NCBI GenBank assembly: GCA_964452465.1
Contig: CAYVMD010000003.1
Span: 509 to 64,508 of the forward strand
Direction: 5' to 3'
From: an uncultured bacterium
GTDB lineage: Bacteria; Armatimonadota; JACIXR01
Length of the DNA stretch: 64,000 nucleotides
The number at the start of each line of letters is the position of its first letter. Position 1 is the stretch's first letter. The position numbers were made by a program, and so were the translations under genes. The notes beneath the pieces are model-generated. The model saw nothing but the letters and a program-made list of their open reading frames with translations. It was not told the origin of the DNA and did not search any database. Of this stretch, positions 59,184 to 64,000 are shown in pieces.

Positions 59184-60413
59184 GTGGAAGCGCAGGGGCA
59201 CGATTTCCTACCCAAAGCGCTATTGGATGTGAAAGGGGCGCCACCCCCACAGATGCCTCCCGCATTTCATGTCATGCTCAAGCCAAGAGGACCCATCTGC
59301 AATTTGAACTGTGCCTATTGCTTTTATTTGTCCAAAGAGGACCTTTACGAACGGGGCGCTTCCTTTCTCATGACCGACGAGGTGTTGGAAGCCTTCACGC
59401 GCCAATACATGGAGGCGTTGGAGGTTCCCGAGGTGCATTTCATCTGGCAGGGAGGCGAGCCAACCCTGATGGGGTTGGATTTCTTCCGAAGGGCAGTGGC
59501 GCTTCAGCGAAAATACCGCAAGATTGGAGTGCGCATTCGCAACTCCTTCCAGACGAATGGCGTGCTGTTGGACGATGAGTGGTGTCGTTTTTTCAAGGAG
59601 CACGATTTCCTCGTCGGTCTGAGCCTGGACGGACCGCGCGAGTTGCACGATGTCTATCGCCTGGACAAGAACCGCAAACCCACCTTCGATAAAGTGTATT
59701 GGGCGCTCAAGTTGCTCCAGAAGCACGGTGTGGAGTTCAATATCCTCTGTGTGGTCAATCGCGTCAACGCCGAACATCCCCTCCGCCTTTATCGCTTTTT
59801 CAAAAGGGAAGTCGTGCAGTTCATCCAGTTCATCCCCGCCGTGGAAGAGGTGCTTCAGGGAGCTGTGAGGGAGTGGACGGTGCGATCGCAACAGTGGGGT
59901 GATTTTCTCTGCGCCATTTTTGAGGAATGGGTGCGCCAGGATGTGGGGCGAATCTTCATCCAGCAATTCGAGGTGGCCTTGGAAGCGTGGTTAGGGTTCG
60001 AGCCCAGCCTTTGTGTCCATGCCAAAACCTGCGGCAATTGCTTAGCGATGGAGCACAATGGCGACCTTTTCTCTTGCGATCACTTCGTTCATCCTGATTA
60101 CTACCTGGGCAATATACTGCAAATACCCCTTGCTAAGATGGCATCTGCTCCTTTCCAACGCAAGTTTGGACTGGACAAGTGGGACAAATTGCCTCGCTAC
60201 TGCCAAGAGTGTCCCGTTTTGTTCGCTTGCCATGGCGGTTGCCCTAAGGACCGTTTCCTGAAAACCCCCACGGGGGAGGAAGGGCTGAACTATTTATGTG
60301 CAGGCTACAGGCGTTTCTTCACCCACATCGAGCCTTACATGCGGACGATGGCGCGCCTGCTTCATAAGGGACAACCTCCCGCTCTCATCATGGAGATTCT
60401 CCGGAAGCGATGA
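59184..60413 (+). CDS. Anaerobic sulfatase-maturating radical SAM enzyme (anSME)
   Basis: KP.GPICNLNCAYCFY, WQGGEPTL, QTNG, SLDGP, SPASM cysteines C..AKTCG, SCDH, CQEC...C.GGCPK, NYLCAGY; adjacent to the sulfatase. Confidence 0.93.
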   Translation: MEAQGHDFLPKALLDVKGAPPPQMPPAFHVMLKPRGPICNLNCAYCFYLSKEDLYERGASFLMTDEVLEAFTRQYMEALEVPEVHFIWQGGEPTLMGLDFFRRAVALQRKYRKIGVRIRNSFQTNGVLLDDEWCRFFKEHDFLVGLSLDGPRELHDVYRLDKNRKPTFDKVYWALKLLQKHGVEFNILCVVNRVNAEHPLRLYRFFKREVVQFIQFIPAVEEVLQGAVREWTVRSQQWGDFLCAIFEEWVRQDVGRIFIQQFEVALEAWLGFEPSLCVHAKTCGNCLAMEHNGDLFSCDHFVHPDYYLGNILQIPLAKMASAPFQRKFGLDKWDKLPRYCQECPVLFACHGGCPKDRFLKTPTGEEGLNYLCAGYRRFFTHIEPYMRTMARLLHKGQPPALIMEILRKR

Positions 60414-60459
60414 CAAGACGGACATCGAGGAGAGGGAGTCGAGAAATCAGGAGAGGTTG

Positions 60460-60489
60460 TTGCATCCTTAAGTAAAGAGGGGGTAAAAT
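60460..60489 (+). promoter_or_regulatory. Possible promoter for the 835-aa protein
   Basis: TTGCAT-N18-TAAAAT ending 9 nt before ATG 60499. Confidence 0.4.
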
Positions 60490-60498
60490 TTTCCCAAG

Positions 60499-63006
60499 AT
60501 GAAATTGAGGAAACGTATATTGGGACTTTTATCTCTTGTTGCCTCTCTGCTTTGGGCGGAGGAAGGACTCGTTGAATGGATTCTCGCCAAACAGGGCAGG
60601 GTGGGGAGGGAGGAGTTCACCTTCTACATCCTCCAGAAGCCCTCCCTCCTTGTCCTGCGATGGCGCCAAAGGGAGGGGGAATGGAAAGCTCTTGGCCCTT
60701 GGCGAAAAAGCAATAAGGGATTCCTAACCGAGGATCCCTATTTCTCCGCTTTCCTTTCTGTCTCTTCTTATAAAGGGGGTCTGCTAATCTCCTGTGAGGT
60801 CACCGCTAAACAGGAGGTAAGCAAACCGCTCGAGTTCCTCCTTTCTTCCCCCTTCCAACCCAACCAGTGGACACGCCAATTCTATCCCCGCCTTCCCTAT
60901 CTCATCCTCCCTCCCACAGCCTCCTGGAACATAAAATTCCTTGCTTCTGCCAACGATTGGACGGAATTAAAGGAATGGCCCGGTGTATATATCTACCCCT
61001 TTGGGGTTTTGGAGAATGAAAAGTACTTCCTCCTCTGGGGCTCGCTTGACATCGGACGATTCGCCCTCCTTTCCCCCAATCTTATCCCCGAGAACATCCC
61101 CGCCCTTGCGTTCCGCCCTCTTTCCCTGAAAAAGGACGAAAAGTTCTCCCTTCAACTCTTTTTGAAACTCTTTCCTAAAAGCGATTTTCGCTATCGCGAT
61201 GTCTTAAGATGGTATCTCCAAAACTGTCAGAACAGCGACCCCCTAACCAAGAACCTTTTCTCCTATAAGGAGAGATCTCGCCGTCTCCCGGAGGGAAATC
61301 TGGCGGGTTTCGCTCCCCTGCCCATCACCGATGCGGAGGGCAACCTTACGGAGAGCGGTAAGGGTTATCTGGAATATTTCAGTTCTCGCAGGATAGGTTC
61401 CCTTTGGTATTATGCCTGGCATAGGTGGGACGAAACCTACCCTACCGTGGGCTCTTGGTGGGGCGAGACGGGGAAGCACACCGCTGAGGAGATTAAGATC
61501 TACCTCCGAACCTTGCGCGCCAATGGCCTTTATCCTCTCCTTTATTTCCGTCAGTTCCTCGCTGAAGAGGGAGTGAGGGAGGATGAGCCTCCCTATAGGG
61601 ATTGGATAGGGAGGGACGAGAGGGGAAACCCCTCTTCCGGCTTCGAATACCCCCTGCCCCCCGAGGCGAAGGAGGAGATCTCCATAGATAGGGTGCACTG
61701 CTCAGCGGGCGATTTCGGGAACGATTCCTTCAGGAATTGGTACATCGAGGCAATAAAAAGATGTATGGATGTTTATCAACCAGCGGGGATAGCCTTCGAT
61801 ATGGGATGGGCTTGCGCTACGAATTGGCAGTTCTCCCATGCCAATCCCAGAACCAGCACCTCTCATGGCATCCTGCGGCTTCAGATGGAGATTTGGGAAT
61901 GGCTGAATAAAAAATACCCCGATATGAGGGTAATCATCAACGAATCCTATGGAACCCCTTCCCAACTCTATGCGGATGGGGTGTTAATAGAAGGGGGCTT
62001 TGCAGCGGGTAAGACGGAGTTGGATTACGAATCTGCAAAGGCGGTGCCCACGACGGTTATCAGTTACGAATACCCCTTTCTATATATGGGACAATTGCAG
62101 GGGGTTAGCACCAAGGAGAGACCCTATCTCCTGATGAGATATAGGGCTAAGGGGATCGCGAAGAGCGATGATTACGCGGTTTATGTCACCGAGAAGATTG
62201 TGGGTAAGGAGGGAATCGCGATAAAGTTAAGCGACCTCATAGCAGATGGCGAATGGCATATCATAACGGTGGACCTGCATAATATCCCCCAGGTTGAGGA
62301 CCTAAAAGGAATCGCCTTCCAGGTGCAGGCGGAGGATGAAGAGGCTTGGATAGATGTGGATTACATCTATTTTGGGGAATCAGCAGATGATCATCCCAGG
62401 GAGGGCAAGGAATCCCTCTCCAGGTTCCCCGTTCTCCTCGACGAACACAACTTTTCCTCTTGGGTTCCTGAGCCCACTTGGCTTAGGAACCCCTCCCCCA
62501 CCTATTCCTTGGAGAGGGTAGGGGAGTTCGTAAGGTTTTATGTGAAGGGGAAAGGATTGGGAATGAAGTGGGACTGCGTGGGGCATAGGGGGTTGATAGC
62601 CCAGGAGTATATGAAGGTGCTCGCCCTGGGCGCCTGTATCGGCGGTGATATTCAAATATTCGAGGATTTGCTCGCTTTTTCCGCCAGGGCGATGGCTATG
62701 CGCCCCATAATCGATTGGCGAAGGTTGGATAGCCTGGATGAGAAGATCTACGCCAGTGGATGGGAGGATGCCCGAGGGGTTCTAATTGCGGTTTACAATA
62801 ACAAGGAAGAGGAAGGGATGGCGGAGGTTTCCATTCGCCTCTCTAACGATTTGGTTAGGAAGTTGGGAGGTGGGAGGGGCGTTGTCTTGGGCACGTGGGG
62901 GAGCAAAACAGGCGAGGAGAAAGTGAGGATTGAGAAGGGCGTTATGCGGGCGAGGGTTCCTCCAAAGGGTGGGCTTCTCATCTACTCCAAGGAGTGGGAG
63001 CGATGA
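60499..63006 (+). CDS. Secreted hypothetical protein, putative glycoside-hydrolase-like TIM barrel with an inserted CBM-like domain
   Basis: Signal peptide MKLRKRILGLLSLVASLLWA; aromatic-rich barrel with GIAFDMGW and IINE; beta-rich insert (DGEWHIITVDL...IDVDYIYF). Confidence 0.55.
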   Translation: MKLRKRILGLLSLVASLLWAEEGLVEWILAKQGRVGREEFTFYILQKPSLLVLRWRQREGEWKALGPWRKSNKGFLTEDPYFSAFLSVSSYKGGLLISCEVTAKQEVSKPLEFLLSSPFQPNQWTRQFYPRLPYLILPPTASWNIKFLASANDWTELKEWPGVYIYPFGVLENEKYFLLWGSLDIGRFALLSPNLIPENIPALAFRPLSLKKDEKFSLQLFLKLFPKSDFRYRDVLRWYLQNCQNSDPLTKNLFSYKERSRRLPEGNLAGFAPLPITDAEGNLTESGKGYLEYFSSRRIGSLWYYAWHRWDETYPTVGSWWGETGKHTAEEIKIYLRTLRANGLYPLLYFRQFLAEEGVREDEPPYRDWIGRDERGNPSSGFEYPLPPEAKEEISIDRVHCSAGDFGNDSFRNWYIEAIKRCMDVYQPAGIAFDMGWACATNWQFSHANPRTSTSHGILRLQMEIWEWLNKKYPDMRVIINESYGTPSQLYADGVLIEGGFAAGKTELDYESAKAVPTTVISYEYPFLYMGQLQGVSTKERPYLLMRYRAKGIAKSDDYAVYVTEKIVGKEGIAIKLSDLIADGEWHIITVDLHNIPQVEDLKGIAFQVQAEDEEAWIDVDYIYFGESADDHPREGKESLSRFPVLLDEHNFSSWVPEPTWLRNPSPTYSLERVGEFVRFYVKGKGLGMKWDCVGHRGLIAQEYMKVLALGACIGGDIQIFEDLLAFSARAMAMRPIIDWRRLDSLDEKIYASGWEDARGVLIAVYNNKEEEGMAEVSIRLSNDLVRKLGGGRGVVLGTWGSKTGEEKVRIEKGVMRARVPPKGGLLIYSKEWER

Positions 63007-63719
63007 AGATAAAGGTCGGTTGCTGCGGTTGGGTGAAGAAGCAGGATGTTTATTTTCGTGCCCTCAAAGTTATAGAGCTGCAGCAGACCTTCTATAAATT
63101 GCCGGGCTTGAAAACCGCGAGCAATTTGAGGGAGAAAGCTCCCCCGGAGTTCGAATTCACCATGAAGGCTCCCCAACTGATAACTCATCCCCCCACGAGC
63201 CCTACCTACAGAAAGGCTAAGTTGGATATCCCGCCGGAAAAGGTGGAGCGATACGGATTTTTCCGTCCCACGGAGGAGGTCTTTAACACCTATCGGGAAA
63301 CGCTCGCCTTCGCCCGCGTCCTCGATTGCCGGATCATCGTCTTTCAATGCCCGCCTTCCTTCGCTCCTACTCAAGAGAACAAGGAGAATTTGAGGAAGTT
63401 CTTCAATTGTGTGGAGAGGGAAGGCCTGCTATTCGTTTGGGAGCCGAGGGGAGAATGGAGGGGGGAGGAAATAAGGGAGCTTTGTGAAGAATTGAACCTT
63501 TGTCATTGCGTCGACCCCTTCAAGGGGGAGAGCGTTTGGGGGGATGTTCTCTACCTTCGCCTTCACGGAATAGGAGGGTACGCCTATAGATACAGCGATG
63601 ATGAATTGGCGTGGCTGGCAGGGAAGGTCAGAGAGGAAGGGCGTCCCGTCTATGTCATGTTCAACAATACCAACATGTACGAGGACGCCCTACGCTTCTT
63701 GCATCTATTGGAGGGATGA
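63003..63719 (+). CDS. DUF72-family protein
   Basis: ATG 63003 overlapping the upstream stop; VGCCGW, VIELQQTFY, FTMKA, FQCPPSF, WEPRG, YLRLHG, YVMFNN. Confidence 0.9.
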   Translation: MKIKVGCCGWVKKQDVYFRALKVIELQQTFYKLPGLKTASNLREKAPPEFEFTMKAPQLITHPPTSPTYRKAKLDIPPEKVERYGFFRPTEEVFNTYRETLAFARVLDCRIIVFQCPPSFAPTQENKENLRKFFNCVEREGLLFVWEPRGEWRGEEIRELCEELNLCHCVDPFKGESVWGDVLYLRLHGIGGYAYRYSDDELAWLAGKVREEGRPVYVMFNNTNMYEDALRFLHLLEG

Positions 63720-63733
63720 TCGCTCCCTCTGCC

Positions 63734-63754
63734 GGATTTGGGATCAAATCCCCA
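63734..63754. terminator. Small inverted repeat between convergent genes (possible terminator)
   Basis: GGATTTG-GGAT-CAAATCC 7-bp stem, with an alternative TTGGGAT/ATCCCAA pairing; no clear U-tract. Confidence 0.25.
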
Positions 63755-64000
63755 ATAAGGCGCTTATCGAGCCTCCCAAAACCAGACCTTTCTCTTCCTC
63801 CGAAAGGGGAAGTTCTTTTACCTTCTCTATCTCCCTTTTGGCAAACTCAATGGTCGTGGGAACCTTCTGAGGTCCATCTGTGCCGAAAATGACCCTCCCT
63901 GCTCCTATCCTCCTTACCGCTTCCGTTATCTTCTCCGCTAGGGCTACCCCGCTTATGTCTATGTAAACATTGGGATGCTTCTCCGCCATGCGAATAAATT
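63744..64000 (-). CDS. Amidohydrolase-family protein, C-terminal fragment (runs off the window)
   Basis: HPNVYIDISG...GAGRVIFGTDGP...EKGLVLGG pattern typical of amidohydrolase_2 C-termini. Confidence 0.8.
   Translation of the reverse strand, partial: FIRMAEKHPNVYIDISGVALAEKITEAVRRIGAGRVIFGTDGPQKVPTTIEFAKREIEKVKELPLSEEEKGLVLGGSISALLGI

Noticed and set aside
59220-59966. 248-aa minus-strand ORF opposite anSME
   Set aside because: Antisense shadow favoured by the higher GC3 of this cassette
1-64000. CRISPR arrays, IS elements, tandem repeats, rRNA/tRNA genes
   Set aside because: None recognisable by eye; nearly all sequence is accounted for by CDSs and ssrA

Overview
Gene-dense bacterial chromosome segment. 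The AGG/AGA/ATA-rich codon usage and purine-rich coding strands suggest a thermophile, and the gene families suggest an uncultured anaerobe, tentatively Armatimonadota-like (inference only). (1) 1-18 kb: the S10-spc-alpha ribosomal superoperon (rplC to rplQ, secY, adk, map, infA, rpoA) followed by truA-rplM-rpsI. It has two oddities: a divergent EF-G paralogue wedged between rplE and rpsN, and an rpsE frame that runs through almost all of rpmD to end on the rplO start. (2) 18-26 kb: NlpC/P60, alpha/beta hydrolase, HtrA, queF, feoAB and an oxidoreductase-kinase-nanE amino-sugar unit. (3) 26-30 kb: a separately promoted wHTH regulator plus two radical SAM enzymes. (4) 30-44 kb: mutS, miaB, ftsH-formiminotransferase-folE-folP, tmRNA (ssrA), a polytopic membrane protein, a URO-D-like protein, gatCA and a TIM-barrel sugar isomerase. 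(5) 44.5-63 kb: a cluster of large secreted, mostly unclassified glycoside-hydrolase-like proteins (one clear GH116) plus a sulfatase/anSME pair with foreign-looking codon usage. DUF72 and a partial amidohydrolase close the window. No CRISPR array, rRNA, tRNA or mobile element was seen. Family names come from motif recognition, not database searches.
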